Assembly: GCA_965217865.1 (NCBI GenBank)
Contig: CBDCJO010000002.1
Coordinates: 5,280,001-5,344,000 of the forward strand
Direction: 5' to 3'
DNA: 64,000 nucleotides
Source of the DNA: Candidatus Latescibacterota bacterium
GTDB taxonomy: Bacteria > Latescibacterota > UBA2968 > SICM01
Position numbers and translations under genes: made by a program. This document shows, in pieces, positions 40,085-50,095 of this stretch (its first letter is position 1; each line of letters opens with the position of its first letter). The notes beneath the pieces were generated by a model. It was not told where the DNA came from. It made no database searches and saw only the letters and a program-made list of their open reading frames with translations.

Positions 40085-40246
40085 AAGGCTCTGCGAGGCA
40101 GGCGCAACAGCGGGCCAACGGTCCGCGACCCAGACCAATCCTCGAAGTGCCAATAAAATTACTGTCGTAGACGAGCAACGGCAAGCAATTTTTCACGATG
40201 GAAAAGATTCAGAATCCGAATTCCATATTCCAGATGGAGGGAAGGT

Positions 40247-41359
40247 ATGGCCGTCAAGATAGGGGAGCAGGATACAGGTTCCGTTGTCTATCAGGCAACG
40301 GAAGAGTTGCTTTTGAAATCGAATATCTATTGTGAGATTCCATACTGTTCCGCAGACTCGAGGACTTTCGTGTATGAACGGACTAATCCCGCATCGGAAC
40401 CGAACCCGATAGAATATGTGATTTGCGAGTTCGGGACATGGGAAACTCAGGTCGGTGGATGCGGACTCGGTGGTCCGGCGATCACCCACGAAGGGTTGCT
40501 CTATTTTCGAAGGATGGCCGGTGAGGTCGCCCAGGAACTGGTGCGTCTCAAATTGAGCACCGGAGCCTCGGAGGTGATCCACGATTTTCCGGAGGGTCTG
40601 AAACCCGTTGGCCTCGGGACGATGTCTCCAGGTGAGCGGTATTTCGCATATGGCGTGGCAATCAGCTATTCCCCCAGGATGTTCTGGATAGAGCTCCTGG
40701 ACCTGAATGCGGGCACCACAGAGATCATCAACACGGATCCGGACATCTGCAATCCTCACACTCAATTTGAACCGTCGGAGGGAAAGCAGGTGATGGTACA
40801 GCACAATCGAGGCTGTGAGTTCCTTCCGGACGGGACGCGGGTCAAGCTGGTCGGGGAGGAGGGGGCGACGGAGTATCTGCTGGATATCCCGGATGGAAAG
40901 GTGACCCGGCTCCAGGTGGGAAAGCCCTATACGACTCCCATTACCGGCCACGAATCCTGGATCGGAGATACGAAGGAGATCCTTCTCTCGGTCGGGACAG
41001 ATGGAGATTTCGCTCCAGAGAAAGGTAACCTCCTGGCTGTTCGGTCGGGTTCACCGGCTCGGGTGGCATCAAAGGGTTACACCTTCAGCCACGTGGGCAC
41101 TTCCGTCTGCGGGAGATTTTTCTGCTGCGACGATCATCCAAGCGCAGACTTGATCGTGGGTTCGATCCGTACGGGAAAGAACGCCGTGATCTGCCACTCG
41201 GAATCCTCATTCGGTTGGGGGGACCAGAACACACATCCCCATCCCTACCTGTCCCCTGATCTGAAGTGGACCGTGTTTAACTCGGACAGGAGTGGGGAAC
41301 CGCAGGTTCACGCTGCGACGATACCGGATGGGATGTTGGAAGAACTGGAACGGGCGTAA
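40247..41359 (+). CDS. Oligogalacturonate lyase-like beta-propeller protein
   Basis: NIYCE, H.QFEP, GHESW and HPHPYLSPD.KW.VFNSDRSG motifs. Confidence 0.75.
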   Translation: MAVKIGEQDTGSVVYQATEELLLKSNIYCEIPYCSADSRTFVYERTNPASEPNPIEYVICEFGTWETQVGGCGLGGPAITHEGLLYFRRMAGEVAQELVRLKLSTGASEVIHDFPEGLKPVGLGTMSPGERYFAYGVAISYSPRMFWIELLDLNAGTTEIINTDPDICNPHTQFEPSEGKQVMVQHNRGCEFLPDGTRVKLVGEEGATEYLLDIPDGKVTRLQVGKPYTTPITGHESWIGDTKEILLSVGTDGDFAPEKGNLLAVRSGSPARVASKGYTFSHVGTSVCGRFFCCDDHPSADLIVGSIRTGKNAVICHSESSFGWGDQNTHPHPYLSPDLKWTVFNSDRSGEPQVHAATIPDGMLEELERA

Positions 41360-41542
41360 CGCCCCGCAACCCATCCACCCAGGAATACAGAATATAGAAT
41401 GCAGAAGAAAGACCATCTGACTTTCACTCTGCATTCTGAATATTGCTTCTTATATTCTGTTTTTTCTGTTCGACCTGTGCTTCATTCTGACTCCTGACTC
41501 CTGACTCCTGTATTCTGAATTCTGATTTTCTTTGAGGTTTTT

Positions 41543-42838
41543 ATGACTAACGACACGGTCTTTGAAATGGGATCCACACAGCTCCGTTTCGGGACAGGTG
41601 GAACGCGAGAAATAGGGATGGACCTGGTGGATTTGGGAACAAAGCGCGCGATGGTCCTGACGGACTCGAATCTGTCCGGTCTTCCCCCGGTCCAGACCGC
41701 CATTGAATCTCTAAAGGCTGAGGGGATCGATTTCGCTCTCTTCGATCGGGTAAGGGTCGAACCGAACGATGTGTCCTTCAGGGAAGCCATCTCCTTCGCC
41801 GAAGATGGGAAGTTCGATGCGTATGTGGCGGTGGGGGGAGGATCGACGATAGACACTGCAAAGGCTGCGAATCTCTATACCACCTACCCAGACGAATTCC
41901 TGGCCTACGTGAATGCCCCGATCGGTCAGGGAAAGCCTGTTCCTGGCCCCCTCAAACCTCTGATTGCAGTACCCACCACCGCGGGTACCGGGAGTGAAAC
42001 CACCGGGGTCGCAATATTTGACCTTAGTGATCGGCACATCAAAACAGGGATCGCCCACCGAAGATTGAGGCCGACGCTTGGTATCGTCGATCCGGAGAAC
42101 ACCCGGACCCTCCCGTCCGTAGTGGCTGCATCGACAGGGCTGGATGTACTTTGCCACGCACTTGAATCCTATACCGCACTTCCTTTCCATTGCCGTCCTC
42201 ATCCAGAACGACCGATCCTCAGGCCGGCCTACCAGGGATCCAATCCGATCAGCGACATCTGGTCTGTGAAGGCGATTGAGCTGGTCTCACGCTATCTTAT
42301 TCGAGCTTCAGCAGATCCGGAAGACGACGAAGCCCGTGAGAACATGCTGCTGGCTTCTTCATATGCAGGCATGGGATTCGGGAATGCGGGTGTTCACCTT
42401 TGCCACGGCATGTCATATCCGGTCTCGGGGATGGTTCGGAGTTTCCGGCCCGAAGGGTTCGTTTCTGACCATCCGATCGTCCCACACGGGATATCGGTGG
42501 TGCTCAATGCCCCGGCCGTGTTCAGGTTCACGGGACCGGCATGCCCGGATCGACATCTGCGGGGGGCCGAACTGTTGGGGGCGGATAGTTCAACCCTGAA
42601 GGACCCGGAGGGAGAAGCGGGTGACTTTTTGGCCTCCAGGATTGTCGATATGATGAAACGCCTGGAGATGCCCAATGGTCTCTCCGCAGTCGGGTATACC
42701 GAAAAGGACATCCCCGACCTTGTGGAGGGAACCCTGCCGCAGCACCGGGTGACGAAACTTTCTCCGAGGCCAGCGGGAAAAGATGATCTCCAGAGGCTGT
42801 TTGAAGATGCTATGGTGGCGTGGGCAGAAAAGCAGTAG
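41543..42838 (+). CDS. Hydroxyacid-oxoacid transhydrogenase (iron-containing ADH family, ADHFE1-like)
   Basis: VGGGSTIDTAKAANLY, YVNAPIG.GKP, PTTAGTGSETTG, KTGIA, GNAGVHLCHGMSYPVSG and PHGISV. Confidence 0.92.
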   Translation: MTNDTVFEMGSTQLRFGTGGTREIGMDLVDLGTKRAMVLTDSNLSGLPPVQTAIESLKAEGIDFALFDRVRVEPNDVSFREAISFAEDGKFDAYVAVGGGSTIDTAKAANLYTTYPDEFLAYVNAPIGQGKPVPGPLKPLIAVPTTAGTGSETTGVAIFDLSDRHIKTGIAHRRLRPTLGIVDPENTRTLPSVVAASTGLDVLCHALESYTALPFHCRPHPERPILRPAYQGSNPISDIWSVKAIELVSRYLIRASADPEDDEARENMLLASSYAGMGFGNAGVHLCHGMSYPVSGMVRSFRPEGFVSDHPIVPHGISVVLNAPAVFRFTGPACPDRHLRGAELLGADSSTLKDPEGEAGDFLASRIVDMMKRLEMPNGLSAVGYTEKDIPDLVEGTLPQHRVTKLSPRPAGKDDLQRLFEDAMVAWAEKQ

Positions 42839-42864
42839 CAGTGGCAGTAGCAGGAAAAGCAAAG

Positions 42865-43121
42865 GCATGGCGGGCAAACGGCCCGTGATTCCTTGGCCCA
42901 GTCCAACGGGCTGGGTTTGAATGTGGTGAATCGAGCGGGCCAACGGTCCGCGATCCGGATCAATCCCACACATACCGTTCATCGTAAGCCACTCGATACC
43001 GTCCCAACAACCGTCGGTATGTGAAATTATCGCGGCCTTTCAGGCCGCACCACGCTATTGCTTTCCAAGGACTCAGGGCGATGCCCTGGGTTGCGGAACA
43101 ACGCGCCGTTGGCGCTGAAAG
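42865..43121. mobile_element. Non-autonomous IS200-like palindromic element, copy 6
   Basis: Minus-strand centre reads YRRLLGRYRVAYDERYVWD*, the longest C-terminal transposase stub. Confidence 0.8.
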
Positions 43122-43284
43122 AATGCCTTGACTATAGTATAGGCCTTTGTAAGGATCGCCCCGATTCCCGGAAAGCGTCAAAGATCCTTTCCAGGAATTA
43201 TTTTTAAAGGCTCGGTGGGTTGGTTCTAGCCCTATTCCATCCCTTTATCGTCCGAACGGGTACCAAAACCCAGATTCCATTTGG

Positions 43285-43305
43285 ACCGACAATTAAATTG
43301 TCGGT
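43285..43305. promoter_or_regulatory. Perfect palindrome, candidate enhancer (UAS) for a sigma54 activator
   Basis: ACCGACAATT-A-AATTGTCGGT, ~165 bp upstream of a sigma54 promoter and separated from it by an AT-rich tract. Confidence 0.55.
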
Positions 43306-43469
43306 TGTGGTAAATTTATGTAATATTTATAAGCTATGATTAAATATTATATTAACAAATAATATAAATAGTCATGCCAATTGTATTGTCAGTTAGTTAA
43401 GGAATCAGGCAAATCGGTTTCAGGAACTTCATGTTGTTTTTATTTGTCTTTAGCTTAAAAGATCCCGGT

Positions 43470-43485
43470 TGGCATAAGGGTTGCA
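43470..43485 (+). promoter_or_regulatory. sigma54 promoter
   Basis: TGGCATAAGGGTTGCA (GG-N10-GC), upstream of ATG 43561. Confidence 0.72.
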
Positions 43486-43560
43486 TTTATAGCGTCTCTG
43501 GAAGGGCCTTGGGTGGACTTGACCAGATGATTAAAGGCAACCTTAATACGGGAGTGGACC

Positions 43561-44025
43561 ATGACGATCAAAAAAAACCTCCAAAGAATCGCATGGGTTT
43601 GCCTGGCGATCGTAATATCTGTTTTTTGTTTTTGGCTGTCCAATCCGTTCGCTGCGGCGAACCCCGGGAAGGACCGCGGTTGTTATAGTGGGATAAGTCA
43701 TTTACAAAGACGGTTTCAATTACTGGAAAATCGGTTCGCTCTAAATGCAGACCAGTTGGCGGCAAGGGAAGCCCTTATCGGCAGGCACAAAGGGGAAATT
43801 GAAGCACTGATCAAAAAAGCCAACGCTGCAGGTACGAATCGGAAGACCCTAAAAAGGGAGATGCGAGGTCTCATTGAGAATTACAACCGGGAATTTCTGG
43901 GGATTCTTACTCCTGAACAGCAGATTCAATTCAATGAGTTGAGAACAAAATCAAGGGTATATCCAAAGTATCATTCAAAATCTCGTCAAACCCAACTCAG
44001 GACGAAAGATCGCATCTGGATTTGA
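43561..44025 (+). CDS. Exported helical protein (Spy/CpxP-like LTxxQ)
   Basis: Signal peptide plus LNADQ and ILTPEQQIQF motifs. Confidence 0.6.
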   Translation: MTIKKNLQRIAWVCLAIVISVFCFWLSNPFAAANPGKDRGCYSGISHLQRRFQLLENRFALNADQLAAREALIGRHKGEIEALIKKANAAGTNRKTLKREMRGLIENYNREFLGILTPEQQIQFNELRTKSRVYPKYHSKSRQTQLRTKDRIWI

Positions 44026-44071
44026 AAAAATCCGCCGGGATAAAGGGCTTTCTTCGAAGAGAGGTGACGAA

Positions 44072-47000
44072 ATGTATAAGCATAGATATGGGATGATCGC
44101 AATATTGGCTTTGAGCGTCATGGCCTTTCTGCCCATGACCGCCTCCGCACAGTATACGGCGTTCGGCAAGAACAAGGTGAACTATGTAGACAACGACTGG
44201 CAATACATCAAAAGCGCGCACTTTGATGTCTATTTTGTAAAAGGCTCGTATCGGTTAGCCGAATTCACGGCTAAAGAGGGCGAAAGGGCTCTTATTCGGA
44301 TTCAGCAAGACCTCCAGTACAAGCTGCATAACAGGGTCCCGATCGTGATCTATAATTCCCATAACGGGTTCGCTCAGACCAACATCATCCTGAGTGAACT
44401 CCCGGAAGGGATTGGAGGATTCACCGAGTTCGCGCAGAACAGGGTGGTGATCCCCTATCAGGGTTCCTTCGACCAGTTCCGTCACGTGATTCACCACGAG
44501 CTGGTCCACGCCGTCACCGTCGAGCAGTTGACGGGCGGCAAGGGCCTGTCTGCTCTTGTGTCACAGTCCGCGACCCTGCCACCCCTCTGGATCGCAGAGG
44601 GGATGGCCGAGTATCTCTCTTTAGGGTGGGACAAACAGACGGACAATATGATGCGGGACGCTTCGATCACGGGTTACGTCCCGCCGATCAATCAGATCTT
44701 CGGGGGGTTGTTCGCTTATAAGGGAGGCCAATCGATCTTCAAGATGATCGAGGAGAAGTATGGGAAGAAGAAGATAGCGGAGTTCGAGGCAGCCCTCAAG
44801 ACGGCCAGGATACCCGACAGGGCCTTGAAGGCCAGCCTGGGGATCGACACGGAGAAGCTCTCTGAGGAGTGGCACCTCTGGCTGAAGCGGCGCTATTGGA
44901 ACGACATCAACCTGCGCGAAACCCCCGAAGAGGTGGCGGTCAAGCTGACCGATCGGAAAACCATACGTTCGTTTTACAACCTTGCCCCGGCGATCTCGCC
45001 GCAGGGGGACAAGATCGCTTTTCTGACGGACCGACGGACATACACGGATATCTATCTGATGTCGGCCATCGACGGGAAGATCCTGAAGCGTCTGGTGGAC
45101 GGGGAGAAGTCCTCCAAATTCGAGACGATGCTCCTGCTCAGCCCGGGCATCACCTGGTCTCCCGACGGCAAGGAGATCGCCTTTATCGCCAAGGCCGGGG
45201 ACCGCAACGCCCTCTACACGCTCAACGTACGGAAGACGAAGTTGACCCGAAAGATGAAGTTCGATCTGGACGGCATGTTCAAGCCCTCCTGGTCCCCGGA
45301 TGGCAAGCGGATGGTGGTGGTGGGGCTGAAGTCTGGCATGTCGGATCTCTACACGATAGGCCTGGAGGATCGGTCCATCCGGCGGATCACGGCGGACCCC
45401 TACGAGGAGACCGACCCGGAGTGGTCGCCAGACGGCGAATGGATCGCATTCTCATCGGACCGGCCCGATGCGACGGTGACGTTCGAGGGGGACCGGGATT
45501 TTCCGTTCGGGCAGTACGATGTATTCGTCATGCGGCCCGACGGGCAGGAGATGCGACGGATCACGAACGATCCCTCCCTGGACAGCAAGCCGAGCTGGTC
45601 GCCTGACGGCAACCGGATCGCTTTCATCTCGGACCGATCAGGGGTGGGCAACATCTACATCGCCGAGTTGGACAGCCTGGTTGGCAAGCCCGCAAGATAC
45701 TATCCGACAAAGGACTCCACGCTGCTGGCCGAACAGGTGGACACGATGATGCTCCCCATTGCATATCCGATCACCAACCTGTTGGCCTCCTGCGAGGACA
45801 TTCACTGGTCTGCAGACGGGAAAAAGATTGCCTTCTCCGCCTTCCACAAGGCGGGATACGACATCTATGCCATGAAGAATCCTCTGGAACATCGGATGGC
45901 GGACGCCGATATCCCCCCCACGATATTCGCGACCAATCTGATTGGGGGGAAGAAGGCAGAAAAAAAGGTCTCTGTTGGACCCACCGTAATGGACACGGTA
46001 TCCAATGCATCGGTCCCGGCCTCCGAGGAGGAAGAGTCTGATACCTTCGGTGATTTGGTCGTCCGGAAGGATGGAGATGGGAACGAAGGGGTGCTGGGTG
46101 AGGAGGTATGGACCGTCGAGGGGGAGGAGATCGCATCGACTGAAAATCTCGATAAGGCGGACCCGAACTCTGAGTCTCCGAAGGAAAATGGAGAGCTTGA
46201 AGAAAAGGGGCCCGCGAACAAGCAGGTGGAGTGGTTGGGCTTGCCCGAGAAGAAATTCGAGGTTCACAAATACAGGCTTAAGTTCAAACCCGAACTATTC
46301 GCGGCCAATGCCGGTTTCGACACCTTCTACGGGGCCAGCGGCATGGTACAGCTTTCCATGACCGACATGATGGGCAACCATCGGGCAAGTTTTGCAACGA
46401 GCCTCAACTTTTCTTTGCGGGACAGCGACATCATCGGTTCCTACGCATATCTAAGGCGAAGGACCCAGTACGCCGGCGTGCTCTATCACACCCGCTACTT
46501 CTTCTATACGCAGAACCAGTTGGCCGCGGATCGAATCTACGGATTCAACATGCTAATGGTGCGGCCTTTCAACAGGTTCTCCCGGTTGGAGATGAGCAAC
46601 AATTTCGTGAACATCAGCCGGGAGATTATCAACAACCAGCAGGCCAGCCCGTTTACCCGCGGGGGCTTCTTCGCGGGCACCACCCGAGGATTGAGCGGAC
46701 AGACACTACCGACACGCAGGGCTTACACCACAGAGGTTGCCCTGGTTCAGGACAACATCCTCCCGGGTTTCTTCGGTCCGGTCGACGGCTCACGGTCCCG
46801 TCTTGCGTTTGAGCGAAGCTGGTCGGGTCTGACCTTCAACACCGTAGAACTCGACACCCGGCACTATTTCCGGTTTCTGAACGATTACACTTTTGCTCTT
46901 CGCCTGGCGGGCGGGAGCAGCTTCGGCCAAAACCGACAGATTTTCTTCCTGGGTGGGGTGAACAACGAGATCAATCCCATCCTGGCAACAAATAGCCCTT

Positions 47001-47434
47001 TGAACAACCTGGATTCGGACGACGTTTTCTTCTCCAAGTTTGTCTGGCCCCTGCGGGGCCTGGGCCTGTTCGAGCAGGCCGGGGACAGCTACCTGCTCGG
47101 CAACGTAGAGTTCCGGTTCCCGATCGTTCGTCAACTCGCCCTGGGCTGGCCCCTCCCCTTCCTGTTCCAGGACATAGAGGGTACCCTCTTCTTTGACATG
47201 GGCGGGGCATTCGATCGGGGCAACTTCGATCCCTGGGATATTCGGAACGGAGGGCTGATCCTGAATGGATACAATCCGAGCAAGCGGGGCGGGTTTGCAG
47301 CGGGATACGGTCTGGGTGTCCGCGTCAACGTGGGAATCTTCCTCTTCCGCTACGATCTGGCTTGGCCTACAGATCTGGAACAGACGTTTGGACTCAGGCA
47401 TTACTACTCCGCCGATTTCCAGGGATTGTTCTGA
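44072..47434 (+). CDS. Omp85/BamA-superfamily protein with N-terminal zincin (HExxH) and TolB-like PD40 propeller
   Basis: Signal peptide; HHELVH...W.AEG.AEY; repeated P.WSPDG..IAF; C-terminal barrel with FFLGG, LRG, N.EFRFP, G.G.RVN and terminal F. Confidence 0.85.
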   Translation: MYKHRYGMIAILALSVMAFLPMTASAQYTAFGKNKVNYVDNDWQYIKSAHFDVYFVKGSYRLAEFTAKEGERALIRIQQDLQYKLHNRVPIVIYNSHNGFAQTNIILSELPEGIGGFTEFAQNRVVIPYQGSFDQFRHVIHHELVHAVTVEQLTGGKGLSALVSQSATLPPLWIAEGMAEYLSLGWDKQTDNMMRDASITGYVPPINQIFGGLFAYKGGQSIFKMIEEKYGKKKIAEFEAALKTARIPDRALKASLGIDTEKLSEEWHLWLKRRYWNDINLRETPEEVAVKLTDRKTIRSFYNLAPAISPQGDKIAFLTDRRTYTDIYLMSAIDGKILKRLVDGEKSSKFETMLLLSPGITWSPDGKEIAFIAKAGDRNALYTLNVRKTKLTRKMKFDLDGMFKPSWSPDGKRMVVVGLKSGMSDLYTIGLEDRSIRRITADPYEETDPEWSPDGEWIAFSSDRPDATVTFEGDRDFPFGQYDVFVMRPDGQEMRRITNDPSLDSKPSWSPDGNRIAFISDRSGVGNIYIAELDSLVGKPARYYPTKDSTLLAEQVDTMMLPIAYPITNLLASCEDIHWSADGKKIAFSAFHKAGYDIYAMKNPLEHRMADADIPPTIFATNLIGGKKAEKKVSVGPTVMDTVSNASVPASEEEESDTFGDLVVRKDGDGNEGVLGEEVWTVEGEEIASTENLDKADPNSESPKENGELEEKGPANKQVEWLGLPEKKFEVHKYRLKFKPELFAANAGFDTFYGASGMVQLSMTDMMGNHRASFATSLNFSLRDSDIIGSYAYLRRRTQYAGVLYHTRYFFYTQNQLAADRIYGFNMLMVRPFNRFSRLEMSNNFVNISREIINNQQASPFTRGGFFAGTTRGLSGQTLPTRRAYTTEVALVQDNILPGFFGPVDGSRSRLAFERSWSGLTFNTVELDTRHYFRFLNDYTFALRLAGGSSFGQNRQIFFLGGVNNEINPILATNSPLNNLDSDDVFFSKFVWPLRGLGLFEQAGDSYLLGNVEFRFPIVRQLALGWPLPFLFQDIEGTLFFDMGGAFDRGNFDPWDIRNGGLILNGYNPSKRGGFAAGYGLGVRVNVGIFLFRYDLAWPTDLEQTFGLRHYYSADFQGLF

Positions 47435-47605
47435 AAGAGGTTTTGATCCGATTGATCTTTAGTAACTGATGGGATACCATGAATCCCTCCTGGTTGCTGG
47501 TTTAGAAGACAGGGGCTAACCCGGCTGGCCTTCCTGCATCTTTTCAGCCACCAGGGGGGTTTTATTTAGATATGTCTTGTCGTTTTCCTCCAAAAAGGGG
47601 GGTTC

Positions 47606-48086
47606 ATGCGGAAGGGTCTTCTGGCTCTGATAGGTGCTTCTCTTTGTTTCTTAATTTCAATCACTGCGGATGCTCGTCCGCATCGGGTCAACCAGATTCC
47701 CAACGGAGCGGTTTTTAGCTGTCTGACCTGCCACAACTCTACAGCGGGTGGGGCCCGCAATCTGTTTGGAAGGACGGTGGAAGGTTCATTCCTGACTGGG
47801 AGCGGCGCATCCGCGAATGTGGTATGGAATACCTTACTGGCAAGCCTGGATTCGGACGGGGACGGGTTTTCGAATGGAAGGGAACTCGGCGACCCGGGGG
47901 GGACGGGACTGCCCGGATTCGGATTTTGACGGGGATGGAATGATCGATCTGGACGATTTCTTTTTCTTCGCCGGGGCTTTCGGAGGCACCGACCCGTTAT
48001 ACGACCTGAACAAGAGCGGAAAGGTGGACTTTGAAGATTTTTTCATCTTTGCTGTGGACTTCGGGAAGAAGGCGAGGCCTTCATGA
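47606..48086 (+). CDS. Secreted temptin-like/CxxCH domain plus EF-hand/dockerin tail, frameshifted at ~47910
   Basis: Signal peptide; IPNG..SCLTCH...GGARNLFG...W...L...DSDGDGFSNG.ELGDP. A second frame gives DFDGDGMIDLDDFFFFA..FG...DLNKSGKVDFEDFFIFA.DFGK. Confidence 0.65.
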
Positions 48087-48163
48087 GAATATACACTTGT
48101 TATTTCCGATCGTGAACGAGGATCTCCTGAATGGGAATGGTTCGTTCGAATTCGATTAGTCAG

Positions 48164-48195
48164 AAAAGAGGGCCTACTTCAAGGCCCTCTTTTTT
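48164..48195 (+). terminator. Intrinsic terminator
   Basis: AAAAGAGGGCCT-acttca-AGGCCCTCTTTTTT. Confidence 0.85.
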
Positions 48196-48352
48196 CATCC
48201 CGTTGATCTGGCCATTCTACGTGTCCTTCCTGAACCGAGAGTCAAATAAATATTGTGAATCCTCATCGATCCTATGTAAATTTAAAGGTTAGGAAAGGTT
48301 TCAAGACGCATTTCTTTGCGTTTTCCGATATCGAAGCTCCTATTACGTAAGG

Positions 48353-50041
48353 ATGTTAATATTGCCGGGCAAAAGGCACACCATTCTGATCGTCGATGAC
48401 GATCCCGGAATCCGGGATTCGCTCCAAATCTCTTTGGAGCTTGATTATGACGTACTGACAGCACCCGGTGGAACAGAGGCTCTGGAGCTGTTAACCCGTC
48501 ACGAAGTGGCCTTGATCATTACCGACCAACGGATGCCTGAAATGACGGGGGTTGCCTTCCTGGAAAAAGCGCAGCAAATTTCGCCCAAAAGTGTTCGGAT
48601 GATGCTCACGGGTTTTGCGGATTTCGATGCGATCGTGAACGCTATAAACCAGGGACAAATCTATCGGTATATCGCTAAGCCCTGGGAGCCGAGAGAGCTT
48701 GAAATGGATGTCCGCCGGGCAGTAGAATCGTATGAGCTGAAGGTCTCTCTGGACAGGCGGATGCACGAGCTTCGAACGCTTTGTGAGATCGGGGCCACGA
48801 TCACTTCAGTCCTGGATGTTGATGAAGTGATTCAGACGATCCTGAACGCTGTTGTCGAGACGCTCGGGTTGGATCGATCCTTCCTGATGTTGGTTAAAGA
48901 AGGGGAGGGTGTCCTCTGCAGCCGGGCGTGCGCCGGGGCGAGCCCGGAGGTGATAGCGGTTTTTTCAGGACTCGAATATCGGTTGGACCGGGAGGACGTT
49001 GCCGTCGTACGAACGATCCGTGAGGACCGTTCCATTCTGGTGGAGGATGTGGAAAATCCTCCGGTTCCGGTAGACAGAGAATCGATACATCGCATGAAGA
49101 TCAGGTCATTTGTCACTGCGCCTTTGCGGGCTGGAGACCGTCGAATAGGAGTCCTGATGGCGGATCGGATCGAGACTGGCGAACAGGTCACCGCTCATGA
49201 CCAGCGTCTGTTGATAGGATTTGCGAACCAGGCGGCTATCGCTATCGAAAATGCGCGACTTTACAGCGAAGCTTTAGAGAAGAAGCGGTTGGAGGAGGAG
49301 GTTGCGTTGGCCGGTCGGATTCAGTTCCACCTGTTACCGCAGACCATCCCACAGGTCGATGGATTCGATCTCGTCGGGCGAAGCCTGCCCAATCGAGCGG
49401 TAAGTGGGGATTATTTCGACGTCCTGAAGGACCCGTCAGGCAAGGTATGGATTGCCCTGGGAGACGTTTCCGGCAAAGGCGTTCCTGCGGCCTTGACCAT
49501 GGCCACCCTCCGATCCCTGTTTCGCTCGGAACTCGAACGAGAGCATAGTCTTTCAGAGTCGATGCGTCGAATCGGTGTAGGTCTTTGGCACTGCACAGCT
49601 CCCGAAGTGTTTGCGACGTTCTGTTTCGGGGTTTTGGACCCATCCAAGCGGACCTTCAGGTTCGTCAATGCGGGACATCCCCTTCCGCTCCTGGTTCGGG
49701 CAAAGGGAGAGTCCTGTGTGGCCGGGGGTGCGGGTATGCCGGTGGGGATCGATCCCGCCCTTGTGGGTGAAAAATCCTATCCGGAACAGCAGATCAAACT
49801 GGAACCTGGGGATGTCCTGGTGATTTATAGTGATGGCATCACCGAGGCTGGGTCGACCGGAAATGAGATGTTTGGCGATGAACGGCTTGAATCGGTTGTC
49901 TCAAGGCACAGGTCGAACGGAGCAGGCGCCGTTCAGGCTGCGGTGTGTGATGCCGTCGACGAATTTTTAGGAAATTCACCGCCTGATGACGATTTGACGA
50001 TGGTGGTGATTGGGGCGAAAGAAAATGGGACCAGGAATTAG
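48353..50041 (+). CDS. REC-GAF-PP2C (SpoIIE/RsbU-type) phosphatase
   Basis: LIVDDD / TDQRMP / KPW receiver; GAF with AAIAIENARL; GDYFD, GDVSGKG, YSDGITE and DDLT. Confidence 0.92.
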   Translation: MLILPGKRHTILIVDDDPGIRDSLQISLELDYDVLTAPGGTEALELLTRHEVALIITDQRMPEMTGVAFLEKAQQISPKSVRMMLTGFADFDAIVNAINQGQIYRYIAKPWEPRELEMDVRRAVESYELKVSLDRRMHELRTLCEIGATITSVLDVDEVIQTILNAVVETLGLDRSFLMLVKEGEGVLCSRACAGASPEVIAVFSGLEYRLDREDVAVVRTIREDRSILVEDVENPPVPVDRESIHRMKIRSFVTAPLRAGDRRIGVLMADRIETGEQVTAHDQRLLIGFANQAAIAIENARLYSEALEKKRLEEEVALAGRIQFHLLPQTIPQVDGFDLVGRSLPNRAVSGDYFDVLKDPSGKVWIALGDVSGKGVPAALTMATLRSLFRSELEREHSLSESMRRIGVGLWHCTAPEVFATFCFGVLDPSKRTFRFVNAGHPLPLLVRAKGESCVAGGAGMPVGIDPALVGEKSYPEQQIKLEPGDVLVIYSDGITEAGSTGNEMFGDERLESVVSRHRSNGAGAVQAAVCDAVDEFLGNSPPDDDLTMVVIGAKENGTRN

Positions 50042-50095
50042 AATAGCAGAAACCTGAATGGTGGAAATGATGTTGGGTAGGGAACGGAGGATTAC

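Noticed and set aside
22349-43121. Repeats as a CRISPR array or integron attC sites
   Set aside because: The copies are ~200-260 bp and dispersed, with no regular repeat-spacer period, no cas or intI gene and no GTTRRRY core pattern.
47484-47558. Long hairpin as SRP (4.5S) RNA
   Set aside because: It lacks the conserved CAGG..GGAA..AGCAG domain IV motif on either strand. It is more likely a terminator or stability hairpin.
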